Below, one piece after another: positions 9,346 through 17,662 of a stretch of 64,000 nucleotides of DNA. The translations under genes and the position numbers were made by a program. Origin of the DNA: Candidatus Latescibacterota bacterium (GTDB lineage: Bacteria > Latescibacterota > UBA2968 > UBA8231); contig OZ241867.1 of NCBI GenBank assembly GCA_965203175.1, positions 6,464,001-6,528,000 on the forward strand, in the 5' to 3' direction. Position 1 is the first letter of the stretch; each line of letters starts with the position of its first letter. The notes beneath the pieces are model-generated. The model was not told the DNA's origin. It was given only the letters and a program-made list of their open reading frames with translations, and made no database searches.

Positions 9346-11082
9346 ATGAGAAAATTCCTCCAAAAGACAAAACTCGCCGCCTGGGGCTTACTCGGCGGCC
9401 TAGCACTCGCCGCCTGTGGCTCCGACGAGGGAGGCATAAAGCACGTCCCCCGCAACCGCACCCTCATCCTCGGCCTGCCGCAGATGCGGGACTACGACTC
9501 GTTCAATCCCTTTATCGTCGGCACCCAATCCCCGGGCTTCGACTACCTGTTTGAGCCGCTCTACTTCTACAACGCGTACGTAGAAAAAGACCACGTCATA
9601 CCCTGGATCGCCACAAGCCACGAGTACAACGCAGACTACACGGAAGTGACGATCCACATTCGCAAGGGGGTGAAGTGGAGCGACGGACGGCCCTGGACCG
9701 CCCACGATCTCAAGTTCACCGTTGACATGCTCAAGGACCACGCCCCAGAGCTGGCCTTTTCCACCGACATGGACACTTGGGTCGCCGAGGTCGAAGTCCC
9801 GGATTCGCTGACGGCGCGGTTCGTGCTCAAAGCGCCCAACCCCCGCTTTGTATTCTCCTATTTTACCTACAACTTCGGCAACGGCATCCACATCGTGCCC
9901 AAGCACATCTGGGAGGGCGAGGATCCGACCTCGTTCAAAAACCTCGACTTGGCGCGCGGCCTGCCGGTCGTCAGCGGCCCCTATCGCTTGGCGCGCTCCG
10001 GTCCCCAGCAGCGGCTCTGGGATCTGCGCGAGGACTGGTGGGCCGCCCAAATCGGCTTTCAGCGTCTGCCGAGGGTCGAGCGCATCATCTACCTGCCCCA
10101 AGGCGACGAGAACAAGTGGGTCCAACTCATCCTCGCCAACCAGATGGATCAGTGCATCGACTTGCGGCCCTCCAACATCAAGACCCTCCTCGACCAAAAC
10201 CCCAACGTCACCACGTGGTCGGGCCGCCAACTGCCCTACGGCTATCGGGACTGGTGGCCGCCGGCCCTCGGCTTCAACAACCTAGAGCCGCCCTTCGACG
10301 ACCCGGACATTCGCTGGGCCGTAAACCACGCCATCGACCGCGAACAACTCGTGGCTATCGGCTGGCAGGGCGCCGGCGAGTACACCCTTTTGCCGTTCCC
10401 CCACTTCCCGCCGCTTATGCACTACATCAACCAAGTGCAGGATCTACTAGCAAAGTATCCCGTGGGAAAACACGACCTAGCCCAGACCGCAGCCATCATG
10501 GAGCGCAAGGGGTGGAGCAGAGATGCGGAAGGTATGTGGCAGCGGGACGGCGAGCGCCTAAGAATCCCGGTCGTCGTCTTTCCCTCCCTCTTCCAAGACT
10601 TCACGCCCGTGCTGGTCGAGCAACTGCGCCGCGCGGGTTTCGACGCCTCCTTCCGCATGTTCTCCGACGCCTATACCCGCATGACCCAAGGTACGGCCCA
10701 CGCCTTTGTCATGGGCAACGGCGGCTCAGTGCGCGACCCGTACTTCACTCTGCGGCTCTACCACAGCCGCTACGTCCAGCCCACTGGCACAGCCACTCCG
10801 TATTTCTGGCGCTGGCGCAACGCGGATTTCGATCACTTGGTCGATCAGATGGGCCAGACCGCGCCCGACGACCCAGCGCTCGTGCCGCTGTTCCGCCAAG
10901 CCCTCGAGATCTGGCTGACCGAATTACCGGCCATTCCTCTGCTCCAGTGGTTCCACCGCATTCCCCACAACCAAACCTATTGGAAAAACTGGCCCTCGGC
11001 CGAAAACCCCTACATGAACAGCGCCTATTGGGTGCGTTCGTTCTTGATCGTGCTGTTGGGATTGGAGCCGACGCAGCCTTGA
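9346..11082 (+). CDS. ABC transporter substrate-binding lipoprotein, family 5 (OppA/DppA-like)
   Basis: Lipobox LAAC; IRKGVKWSDGRPWTAHDLKFT family-5 signature; SGPY; PFDDPDIRWAVNHAIDR. Start set at ATG 9346. Confidence 0.92.
   Translation: MRKFLQKTKLAAWGLLGGLALAACGSDEGGIKHVPRNRTLILGLPQMRDYDSFNPFIVGTQSPGFDYLFEPLYFYNAYVEKDHVIPWIATSHEYNADYTEVTIHIRKGVKWSDGRPWTAHDLKFTVDMLKDHAPELAFSTDMDTWVAEVEVPDSLTARFVLKAPNPRFVFSYFTYNFGNGIHIVPKHIWEGEDPTSFKNLDLARGLPVVSGPYRLARSGPQQRLWDLREDWWAAQIGFQRLPRVERIIYLPQGDENKWVQLILANQMDQCIDLRPSNIKTLLDQNPNVTTWSGRQLPYGYRDWWPPALGFNNLEPPFDDPDIRWAVNHAIDREQLVAIGWQGAGEYTLLPFPHFPPLMHYINQVQDLLAKYPVGKHDLAQTAAIMERKGWSRDAEGMWQRDGERLRIPVVVFPSLFQDFTPVLVEQLRRAGFDASFRMFSDAYTRMTQGTAHAFVMGNGGSVRDPYFTLRLYHSRYVQPTGTATPYFWRWRNADFDHLVDQMGQTAPDDPALVPLFRQALEIWLTELPAIPLLQWFHRIPHNQTYWKNWPSAENPYMNSAYWVRSFLIVLLGLEPTQP
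11042..11082 (+). repeat. 41-bp direct repeat, copy 1 (3' end of the SBP gene)
   Basis: TCTTGATCGTGCTGTTGGGATTGGAGCCGACGCAGCCTTGA; 39/41 identical to 12443-12483. Confidence 0.9.
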
Positions 11083-11195
11083 GATTGAGTTATGAACTGA
11101 CATTACGCAGTCTTTGTTCCCAACTTCCCATTCCTGTATCCTTTCCGCTACACCCCAGCGCCTCATATCCCCTTCTCTCCGCTGAGCCGCCGCTG

Positions 11196-11210
11196 TGGCA
11201 CGATTCTTGC
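11196..11210 (+). promoter_or_regulatory. Sigma54-type promoter upstream of the Rpn gene
   Basis: TGGCACG-ATTC-TTGC, an exact -24/-12 consensus, 45 nt before ATG 11256. Confidence 0.6.
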
Positions 11211-11255
11211 CTTGGGTTGCGGGTACCACTTCACCCGCAACTCAAGGCAGGGCTC

Positions 11256-12167
11256 ATGGCCGAATTCGATACCATCGCCAAACATCTCATCCACACCTAT
11301 CCCCACGACTTCGCCCGCTTCGCCCTCCACCAAGACGACCTTGAAGTGCTCGATGTCATTGACACCGAGCAACCCACCGTCGAAGCCCACCGCACCGATA
11401 GCCTCATCCGCGTACAAGTCGGAGACGAGGAGGCGTTGGTCCATCACGAGTTTCAAACTACGGATAGTAGTCCGCCCATGCCGCAGCGCATGGCCGGTTA
11501 TATCGGGCGTGCCATCGAGCAGCACGGCGTACCCACCTACTCCACCGTCATCTATCTTCGTCCGGACGCCGGCCGGAATGATCCGGGGCACTATCTCCAA
11601 GAGCGGCACGGCTTCCGCGTGTTGGTGCAATACAAGGTGATTCGGCTGAGTGAACTAGACGGCCAACGCATGCTCGACGCGGGGCATTCGGGTTTGATTC
11701 CGTTTGCGCCGTTGATGCAGCAGCCGGCGGGTGTGGATGCCGAGGCATGGTTGCGCCAGTGTGTCCACCGGGCACAGCAGGTGCCGATGGACGAGACTCG
11801 CAAGGTCAATTACTTGGCCGATCTTGCCATTTTGGGTGGATTAGTGTATGAATATGAAACAATAATGACCATCATCTCGGAGGCGACCATGTACGAATCG
11901 TCGGTAGTGCAGTATTTCACGGAAAAGGCCATCAAGCAGGGTCGAGAAGAAGGCATTGAGCAAGGCATTGAGCAAGGAAGCCGAGAACGCGCTATTGAAG
12001 ATTTGCTCGACGTGCTGGAGATTCGCTTTGGGCTGGCCGCGTCGGATCCGTTGGCCGTGCGCCTTGGGGCCATTGACGATGTGCAGCGCCTCAAGCAGTT
12101 GTTTCGCGCGGCCATACAGGTGCCCAGCCTCGAAGCCTTTAGGCACCTGTTAGACAAAGCCGAGTAG
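11256..12167 (+). CDS. Rpn/YhgA-like PD-(D/E)XK nuclease (putative transposase / DUF4351-like)
   Basis: MAEFDTIAKHL...RTDSLIRV...HHEFQT...MPQRMAGY; C-terminal GREEGIEQGIEQG repeat and LEIRFG...LKQLFRAAI helical domain. The N-terminal 493 aa of the 9777 ORF are a shadow of the SBP gene and intergenic DNA. Confidence 0.85.
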   Translation: MAEFDTIAKHLIHTYPHDFARFALHQDDLEVLDVIDTEQPTVEAHRTDSLIRVQVGDEEALVHHEFQTTDSSPPMPQRMAGYIGRAIEQHGVPTYSTVIYLRPDAGRNDPGHYLQERHGFRVLVQYKVIRLSELDGQRMLDAGHSGLIPFAPLMQQPAGVDAEAWLRQCVHRAQQVPMDETRKVNYLADLAILGGLVYEYETIMTIISEATMYESSVVQYFTEKAIKQGREEGIEQGIEQGSRERAIEDLLDVLEIRFGLAASDPLAVRLGAIDDVQRLKQLFRAAIQVPSLEAFRHLLDKAE

Positions 12168-12218
12168 GGCACTGCGTAACGTCAGTTATGAAGTTGCGGA
12201 TGCCGTTGGCGCAGAGGT

Positions 12219-12260
12219 CATCAGGCACCTCGATTAGGTTCGACTTAGCGGCGAATCCGT
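12219..12260. repeat. Second copy of the DUF2442-end/hsdR-start junction
   Basis: CATCAGGCACCTCGATTAGGTTCGACTTAGCGGCGAATCCGT matches 16397-16441 except for a 3-nt gap. Confidence 0.85.
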
Positions 12261-12392
12261 TTGCGTTGTGTCCTCCCAAACGGCCTCATCTTCCGCCACG
12301 GCCTCTTCCTCCGTTTGTGATTCGTAATGCTGGAGGAGACGTTGGACACGTTCCTCGTTCCAACCGTCTGGAAACCTAGTCTCATTTTTCAT
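12234..12392 (-). pseudogene. Small acidic protein (FPxGWxEERVxRLLxHYExQTEEEAVAEDEA type), probably truncated or chimeric
   Basis: ATG 12392 with AGAGGA upstream; the last residues (TDSPLSRT) come from the duplicated 42-bp junction. Confidence 0.5.
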
Positions 12393-12442
12393 CTTCCTCT
12401 CTGATTGCAACACGCGATCCTTCGCGTCCGGGTCTATCTTCA

Positions 12443-12483
12443 TCTTGATCGTGCTGCTGGGATTGGAACCGACGCAGCCTTGA
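12443..12483 (+). repeat. 41-bp direct repeat, copy 2
   Basis: Copy of the SBP 3' end with two substitutions, both synonymous in the SBP frame. Confidence 0.9.
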
Positions 12484-12489
12484 CCCCGA

Positions 12490-13215
12490 TTATTGCAACA
12501 CCACCGAATCAAGCTGTGATTTTCTGGCCTCCCAATCGGGCATACAGCGGTCGAGCAGGCGGAAGAACGCCGGGCTGTGGTCGTAGATGTGCAGGTGACA
12601 AAGTTCGTGCATGATGACGTATTCGATGCAGTGCAAGGGCGTTTTAATGAGTTCGGTACTGAGGGTGATGGTTCCTCTCCTAGTGCAGCTACCCCAACGT
12701 CTAGTCATTCGTCGGATTCTCAAGGTGGGTGTCACCTTCTGTAAGGACGGTGCCGACTCCAAGCAGTGAGCCATTCGCTCCCGGAAGATGGGCTCAGCGT
12801 GCGCGCGATACCAATCGTCAAGCGCTGTGCGAACACACCGAGGCTCTTCCGGCTCTGGGACAGAAACATTCAAGAAACGACCGGCTAGCTTGACCTCAAC
12901 GTCGCAGGCGCGGCGAACTTTCAGCCGATACTGACGCCCGAGATAGAGGTGGGTCTCCCCAGAGACGAACCGTTTGACTTCTGGCAGTGGATGAAAAGTC
13001 TCGAAATGGCGACGCTGCTTGGCAATCCACGCCCGTCGGCTCTCAAGATATGCTAGCACTTCCTCTAGGGGACAACCCACAGGTGCCGACGCTGTCACCG
13101 AGCAGTCGGGATGAACTGAGATTGACAGGTATCGGCTCTTTTTGAATTTGAGCGCGACCGGAATTTGTTCACTCGAATACTCTACGACGACATGCTGGAT
13201 ATGCTCGTCAGGCAT
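12490..13215 (-). CDS. YgjP/DUF45-like (M48/SprT-annotated) metal-dependent hydrolase
   Basis: SGETHLYLGR, MTRRWGSC, YVIMHELCH (HExxH), HSPAFF...MPDW; usual position downstream of hsdR; start ATG 13215. Confidence 0.88.
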   Translation of the reverse strand: MPDEHIQHVVVEYSSEQIPVALKFKKSRYLSISVHPDCSVTASAPVGCPLEEVLAYLESRRAWIAKQRRHFETFHPLPEVKRFVSGETHLYLGRQYRLKVRRACDVEVKLAGRFLNVSVPEPEEPRCVRTALDDWYRAHAEPIFRERMAHCLESAPSLQKVTPTLRIRRMTRRWGSCTRRGTITLSTELIKTPLHCIEYVIMHELCHLHIYDHSPAFFRLLDRCMPDWEARKSQLDSVVLQ

Positions 13216-16200
13216 ATCGCACTCTCGCAATATCCAGCACCGAGTCCAAAATGCGGTCAATCTCCTTGAAGCTTAGTTCGAGATTTTCTCGCTCCATGAG
13301 TTCGAACAAGTAGTCTTCAATCGCCAATTTCATCCGGTTTTGGACATCGGTGTTGCGGGTCCAGTGGACGATGCGATGCTCTTGGACGATGTCGTCGATG
13401 GCCAGACTAATCGTGGCACCAATATCCCGGACATTGGCCGTTTGGTTGGCGTGGTCCGAGAACACTTCTTGAAGCACGCCAAAGAATGCCTTGGCCACGT
13501 CTCGGTGAGCGAGGGCCGCAGGAATGTCGTCCCCCGTGCGGTTGCGCACGCGCTCGGCAATTTGCTTCACTTCTTGCAGGTATTCCGCGTCGGAAAGCCG
13601 CTGTTCCCGAAAGGCCCGGATCGCGTCTTCAAGCAACTCTGAGAATTGGCGATAGAAGGCCGGATCCTTCCGCATGAGATCCTGAATCGTGCGCCTCGTG
13701 CGAAAGGCGATGGTGTCGGCCTTGGACGACGCGCTAGAGAGCCTGTCAACTTCCTTAGCGAAAGCGTCGGCGTTGAAGATGTCCACCAAGTCCGTGATCC
13801 GCTCCACCTCGCCCGTCCCCACGTACTGATTGACCAGCTTTTGAATGCGCGGCTCGTACTCTTTGAAATCGACTACTTCGGCGTAGCGTCGGCTTACCGA
13901 ACTGCGCAGGCGCATGAAGAAGCGAAGATCGGCCTTGTACGCAGCGATTTTCTTTTCCGGTGTCGCATCGAGAAAACCCGCACTGGAGAGCGCGACCCCC
14001 AGCGTTCGTGAGAAGGCGCTCAAGCGTTCGTAGAAGCGGTCACGCAGCCCCTCGTCCGCCAAGAGTTGCTCGTATTCTTCCTCGTCTTGTCTGTTTTGGA
14101 TAGTCTTGAACAGATCCCACAGGTCCGAATAGCGCTGCCGCAGCTTGTGGGATTCAGCACTCACATCCGTTATCGCTCTGGCCAAATCTTCGATCCCCTC
14201 TTCTTCGAATTCGGCGAGTTGGCCGTAGAGGTCGAACGCTTCGTCGAGGTTCTGCAAGACACCCCGGTAGTCGATGATGTAGCCGAAATCTTTGCCGTCA
14301 AAGAGGCGATTGACCCGGGCGATCGCTTGCAGTAGGGAATGGCTCTTTAGCTGCCGCGTGAGGTAGAGCACGGTGTTACGCGGCGCGTCGAAGCCAGTGA
14401 GCAACTTGTCAACGACAATGATGATCTCGGGCTCCTCAGCCTGTTTGAACGCGCTGATGATCTGGCGATTGTATTCTTTCTCACTACCGTATTTCGCCAT
14501 CATCTTCTTCCAGAAAACTTTGACCACGTCCTTGGATTCCTCGTGGACGTCTTCCTCACCCTCGCGGTCGTCGGGTCCCGAGATCAGCACCTCGCTGCTG
14601 ACCATGTCGAATTCGTCGAAGAAGCGCTTGTAGAGCAGGGCCGAGGCTTTGTCTTGGGCCACGAGTTGCGCTTTGTAGGGAGTGTGGTGCCAGTTATCGC
14701 GGAAGTGTTCGCTCACATCCCAAGCGATTCGCATCACTTTTTGCTCGGCTTTGTTCAACTGGTCGCTCGATGAGAATTTCTTCTTCAAGTCGCTTTTCTG
14801 CTCGTCGGACAAGCGGGCCGTAATCCGCTCGAACCAGTCGTCCAGTGCCTCGGAATCAACTTTCTGATCGACATGCCTCCCTTCGTAGAGCAGCGGTACC
14901 ACGGCCTTGTCCTGTACGGCCTGCTCTAGGGTATAGGCGTCGATTAGGCCTCCGAAGCGGTCAATGGTACTCTTGTCCTTCTTCATTACGGGCGTGCCGG
15001 TGAATCCTATGAAGCAGGCGTTGGGGAGCGCCTGTCTCATTTTGGCGTGCAACTCGCCGAACTGGCCTCGGTGGCTCTCGTCAACGAGGACGAAAATATC
15101 TGGATGCTCATTGCGCACGCCGACTCTACTGACCGCGAGTTCAAACTTGTCGATGACCGTAGTGATAATCCGCGCCTTGTCGTCCTTGAGCAGTTGCTCC
15201 AAGTGCCTGCCGGTTTTCGCCTGAATAGGCTGTGTGCCGCAGTGGTGGAAGGTCTTGTAGATCTGATCGTCGAGATCAACGCGATCCGTCACTAGGATGA
15301 TTTTGAAGTCAGTGAGGCTTCGTTCAAGGGCGAGGGCCTCGGCGAGCATCACCATGGTCAGGCTCTTGCCACTGCCTTGGGTATGCCAGACTACGCCGCC
15401 TTGGCGCGTTCCGTCGCTCTGGGTTTCCCGCACTCGGTCGAGGATCTTGTTGACGCAGAAGTACTGCTGATGGCGGGCAATTTTTTTCTCGCCTCCGTCG
15501 AAGAGCATGAAACGGAAGATCAATTCGAGGAGTCGCTCCTTGCGACACAGGGAATAGAGCGCTTCGTCCTGTGGCGTTACCTGCCGTTCTATGCTTCCAT
15601 AGCTCTCCCGCTCTCGGCCCCAAAACTCCTTCGTAGCAAGAATTCTGTCGATTTGGCCCTCGCTCAGCGGAAGGCTCACCCTCTTCTTTAGGTCAGCCTC
15701 ATCGCTCTCGCTGAAATTCTCCTTCCACACCGACCAGAACTTGGCGGGCGTACCCACCGTGGCGTACTTGGCTTCGTTCTTCGAGATGGCGAGGAGGAGT
15801 TGCGCGTAAAAGAAAAGACGGGGGATTTGGTCTTGTTGCTGGTTGCGGATATGCTGGCTAATCGCTTGGCCGATCGGGTCCTTCATGTCGGGCCGCTTGC
15901 ACTCGATGACCACTAGCGGAATCCCGTTGACGAAGAGCACGATGTCGGGTCGGCGGGTCTCCTCGCTACCACTGCGCTCGACTACGAACTCCTCGGTCAC
16001 GTGGTAGGCGTTGTTTTCAGGATGCTCCCAGTCGATGTAATTGAGCTGAAAGCTCTTGGTGTCTCCCTCGACCGATTGTTGCAGGCTCTTCCCCATGCAC
16101 AGCAAGTCATACGCTTTCTCATTGGTTGGCAGCAGGCCGTCATCTACTATGTCCTTCAGTGCCTGAACTGCCGCGAGGATATTGCCCTCGCTGAAGGGAT

Positions 16201-16399
16201 ACGTGCGGCCTCTGAAGAGGATGGCGTTCTGATTGCGCAGTTGATCCGTCAGTATCTTGTCGAGGAGTACGCTGCCCAGTCGATCACCGCGAGCTTCGTT
16301 CGCTTTTTCCGGGCTGAGGTACTCGTAGCCGAGATTCTGCAGAAGCGCCACCGCAGGAAGCTGGGAGATGAGCTTTTCTTGGAAGGAGGGTAGGACCAT
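13208..16399 (-). CDS. hsdR: Type I restriction endonuclease subunit R
   Basis: RPDIVLFVNGIPLVVIECK nuclease motif; WHTQGSGKSLTM Walker A; DESHR; GFTGTP; LLTGFDAP; LLQAIARVNR. Confidence 0.97.
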   Translation of the reverse strand: MVLPSFQEKLISQLPAVALLQNLGYEYLSPEKANEARGDRLGSVLLDKILTDQLRNQNAILFRGRTYPFSEGNILAAVQALKDIVDDGLLPTNEKAYDLLCMGKSLQQSVEGDTKSFQLNYIDWEHPENNAYHVTEEFVVERSGSEETRRPDIVLFVNGIPLVVIECKRPDMKDPIGQAISQHIRNQQQDQIPRLFFYAQLLLAISKNEAKYATVGTPAKFWSVWKENFSESDEADLKKRVSLPLSEGQIDRILATKEFWGRERESYGSIERQVTPQDEALYSLCRKERLLELIFRFMLFDGGEKKIARHQQYFCVNKILDRVRETQSDGTRQGGVVWHTQGSGKSLTMVMLAEALALERSLTDFKIILVTDRVDLDDQIYKTFHHCGTQPIQAKTGRHLEQLLKDDKARIITTVIDKFELAVSRVGVRNEHPDIFVLVDESHRGQFGELHAKMRQALPNACFIGFTGTPVMKKDKSTIDRFGGLIDAYTLEQAVQDKAVVPLLYEGRHVDQKVDSEALDDWFERITARLSDEQKSDLKKKFSSSDQLNKAEQKVMRIAWDVSEHFRDNWHHTPYKAQLVAQDKASALLYKRFFDEFDMVSSEVLISGPDDREGEEDVHEESKDVVKVFWKKMMAKYGSEKEYNRQIISAFKQAEEPEIIIVVDKLLTGFDAPRNTVLYLTRQLKSHSLLQAIARVNRLFDGKDFGYIIDYRGVLQNLDEAFDLYGQLAEFEEEGIEDLARAITDVSAESHKLRQRYSDLWDLFKTIQNRQDEEEYEQLLADEGLRDRFYERLSAFSRTLGVALSSAGFLDATPEKKIAAYKADLRFFMRLRSSVSRRYAEVVDFKEYEPRIQKLVNQYVGTGEVERITDLVDIFNADAFAKEVDRLSSASSKADTIAFRTRRTIQDLMRKDPAFYRQFSELLEDAIRAFREQRLSDAEYLQEVKQIAERVRNRTGDDIPAALAHRDVAKAFFGVLQEVFSDHANQTANVRDIGATISLAIDDIVQEHRIVHWTRNTDVQNRMKLAIEDYLFELMERENLELSFKEIDRILDSVLDIARVRYA

Positions 16400-16441
16400 C
16401 AGGCACCTCGATTAGGTTCGGCTACTTAGCGGCGAATCCGT
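16397..16441. repeat. Junction repeat copy (DUF2442 stop, RBS and hsdR ATG)
   Basis: Matches 12219-12260. Confidence 0.85.
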
Positions 16442-16741
16442 ATGCAAATCCTCGTTCTTCTGAGGCTCTTTCTCTGGATTCATCCATGCGGGAAGAGGGG
16501 TTCCTGTAGCTTCCGCATACAAGGTCGCCGGTGCTATGTCGATCTCGTTGCCCCAGGTCAGAACGCCAAGCTCCTTGTTGATAGCGAAGCTCTGAAAGAA
16601 CTCGAGATTCCTGAATCGCTCAAAGACACCTCGACGCTCCAAATACTTTGTGAAATCAATGGTTCCGCACTGGCCGTTATCGAATCCTAACTCGATCAGA
16701 TAGCCACCCTGATAGATAGCAGAAACAACGTCGTGTAGCAT
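16412..16741 (-). CDS. DUF2442 domain protein (antitoxin-like)
   Basis: YLIELGFDNG...IDF...GVFERF...FF...GVLTWGNEIDIAPATLY; AAGGAG Shine-Dalgarno. Confidence 0.85.
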   Translation of the reverse strand: MLHDVVSAIYQGGYLIELGFDNGQCGTIDFTKYLERRGVFERFRNLEFFQSFAINKELGVLTWGNEIDIAPATLYAEATGTPLPAWMNPEKEPQKNEDLHTDSPLSSRT

Positions 16742-16761
16742 ACGGCGCTCCTTATCTCTAC

Positions 16762-16965
16762 CTATCGGCGCAGGGTTTGAGCGGCGAAATCCAAGGCTGC
16801 CAGAACGCCTTCTCTGGTCAAACGGGGATGCGCCTCAAGGATCTGGTCGATTGTCTCACCTGTGGAGAGTTTCTCCAGAATTAACTCAACGGTAATGCGC
16901 GTTCCTGCGACGACGGGTTTACCCATCATAACTGCGGGGTCGGATTGAATGAGTTCAGAATCCAT
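16762..16965 (-). CDS. DUF433 domain protein (antitoxin-like)
   Basis: IQSDPAVMMGKPVVAGTRITVELIL...ILEAHPRLTREGVLAALDFAA; start ATG 16965. Confidence 0.88.
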   Translation of the reverse strand: MDSELIQSDPAVMMGKPVVAGTRITVELILEKLSTGETIDQILEAHPRLTREGVLAALDFAAQTLRR

Positions 16966-16996
16966 TTTATAGGACGCGAAAGAGATTTCCTTACAA

Positions 16997-17662
16997 CTAA
17001 AGAGGTATGCGAACCATGAAATTTGAGAGACCTTGGAGCATCTGTGAGACATGCTCCTTTGTGTACTCTGGATATTTCCCATGGGCGGCTTTATTCCGAA
17101 GATCCAGCCATGTTGTCACCTGCTTCTGGTCAAGCTGGTTGTAAACCTTTTTTTTAACGAGTTCTGTATTGAGTGCATCTGCTTTCTTGGGTTGCGGGCG
17201 ATCCTTTTTGGTCGCTTCCGCTGGGATGCCGTGTTTCTGGCAAAGCTGCCGCAAATGCTCTTCCAGAACGCTGCCGGCCATAACCGCAGCGGGGTCCTTA
17301 TATCCTTCTTCAAGCAAATGCTGCGCCATTTCTATGAAATCAGAGAATATCTCAGCAGAAATCAGTCCCTTGGTTGTAGTAAGCCAACCACCTGACAATT
17401 CCTCCCGCGCAGCAGATAGGATACCTCGTCCTACTTGGGCGCAGCTTGGATCCGAATGATTGGCCCGTGAATTGAATTCATCATAGTAAGTGTGATCCTT
17501 GCCGAAAGTCATGGAAAGGAACGAAAGAGAGGCCGACCGAAAAGCGTGAAACAACTCTTCATCGACATAGGTGACGTATTCCTCCATCGCTTCGGTCTGA
17601 ATAACCTCGTCGGCACTTTTGATGAGTTGATCTATTCGTTGAATTAGATCCTCAAGATTCAT
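16997..17662 (-). CDS. HEPN-domain (DUF4145-like) protein
   Basis: AAVMAGSVLEEHLR helix and WLDLRNKAAHG (RxxxxH); overlaps the hsdS stop. Confidence 0.75.
   Translation of the reverse strand: MNLEDLIQRIDQLIKSADEVIQTEAMEEYVTYVDEELFHAFRSASLSFLSMTFGKDHTYYDEFNSRANHSDPSCAQVGRGILSAAREELSGGWLTTTKGLISAEIFSDFIEMAQHLLEEGYKDPAAVMAGSVLEEHLRQLCQKHGIPAEATKKDRPQPKKADALNTELVKKKVYNQLDQKQVTTWLDLRNKAAHGKYPEYTKEHVSQMLQGLSNFMVRIPL

Larger units (their letters stand above)
11097..12185. mobile_element. IS-like 1089-bp element with 15-bp TIRs and 7-bp TSD carrying an Rpn-family gene
   Basis: Left CTGACATTACGCAGT (11097-11111) and right ACTGCGTAACGTCAG (12171-12185) are 14/15 inverted; TTATGAA flanks both ends (11090-11096, 12186-12192). 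Confidence 0.8.

Noticed and set aside
9777-11255. N-terminal 493 aa of the 796-aa ORF, suggesting a long fusion protein
   Set aside because: Arg/Pro/Ala-rich alternative frame overlapping the SBP gene; the recognisable protein begins at ATG 11256.
16778-16792. GAGCGGCGAAATCC, similar to the core of the junction repeat
   Set aside because: Only about 9 nt are identical and it lies inside DUF433 coding sequence; likely chance.
12219-17000. Integron cassette array
   Set aside because: No intI and no complete attC; only one half-site-like sequence, reported at low interest.
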